DNA of 64,000 nucleotides, from contig NC_086097.1 of the NCBI RefSeq assembly GCF_963921235.1, positions 102,302,001 through 102,366,000 of the forward strand, given 5' to 3'. This DNA is from Mobula hypostoma (taxonomy: Eukaryota). Under the pieces are notes generated by a model. It was not told the origin of the DNA, ran no database searches, and was given only the letters and a program-made list of their open reading frames with translations. Below, piece by piece: positions 63,633 to 64,000 of the stretch (the first letter of the stretch is position 1; every line of letters starts with the position of its first letter). Both the position numbers and the translations under genes were made by a program.

Positions 63633-64000
63633 TATTTCCATCTCAGATGATAGGCTAGCTACTAACTTTATTCACAAGCTTACTGACTCTCACTGCTATC
63701 TTGACTACTTTTCATTCCCCACTCCCCAGTCTTCTGTCGGGGAAGCCCTCTAGACTCAATATTGAATTCTCCAACTTCAAGTAACCTGCTTGATCAGTCT
63801 GTATCAGTCATCCACCTGGGATATTGCTCAGCTTGCTTTATCTCCCTCTGGGAGTGAAGGTAGATCAGGCAGATGTTTGATCCGCATCTGTTGTGTTCTA
63901 CCACATTCTACTTCTCCATTCGCACTCTACTCCCATTTACTCTGACCAGAGAACCTTGTTTAGTTTATCCACATGGTCACTCAGGTTTTACCATATCATA

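Overview
Eukaryotic, repeat-dominated vertebrate DNA. The CR1/Penelope/Rex-Babar/V-SINE mix suggests a cartilaginous fish (inference). The only host gene I can support is the 3' part of PTGR2 (prostaglandin reductase 2) on the + strand: six coding exons between 1092 and 22792 with canonical GT-AG sites and consistent phases, plus a poly(A) signal at 23014. Most of the rest is layered transposon sequence. Main points: (1) an intronic Penelope-like element with inverted pseudo-LTRs, a 16-bp TSD and minimal hammerhead ribozymes, plus ~100-bp solo inserts of the ribozyme-bearing end; (2) a four-level nest CR1 > Penelope > Gmr1-type Gypsy > young CR1, where removing the young CR1 restores a 736-aa SCAN-like Gag-protease-integrase-Zn ORF in an otherwise pol-deleted element; (3) an older Gypsy split by three CR1s, two of which share identical RT-core deletions; (4) a Tc1 transposon that closely resembles Sleeping Beauty. 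I found no prokaryote-type system, CRISPR array, rRNA or true tRNA. Similarity statements about named proteins are from memory and need alignment.
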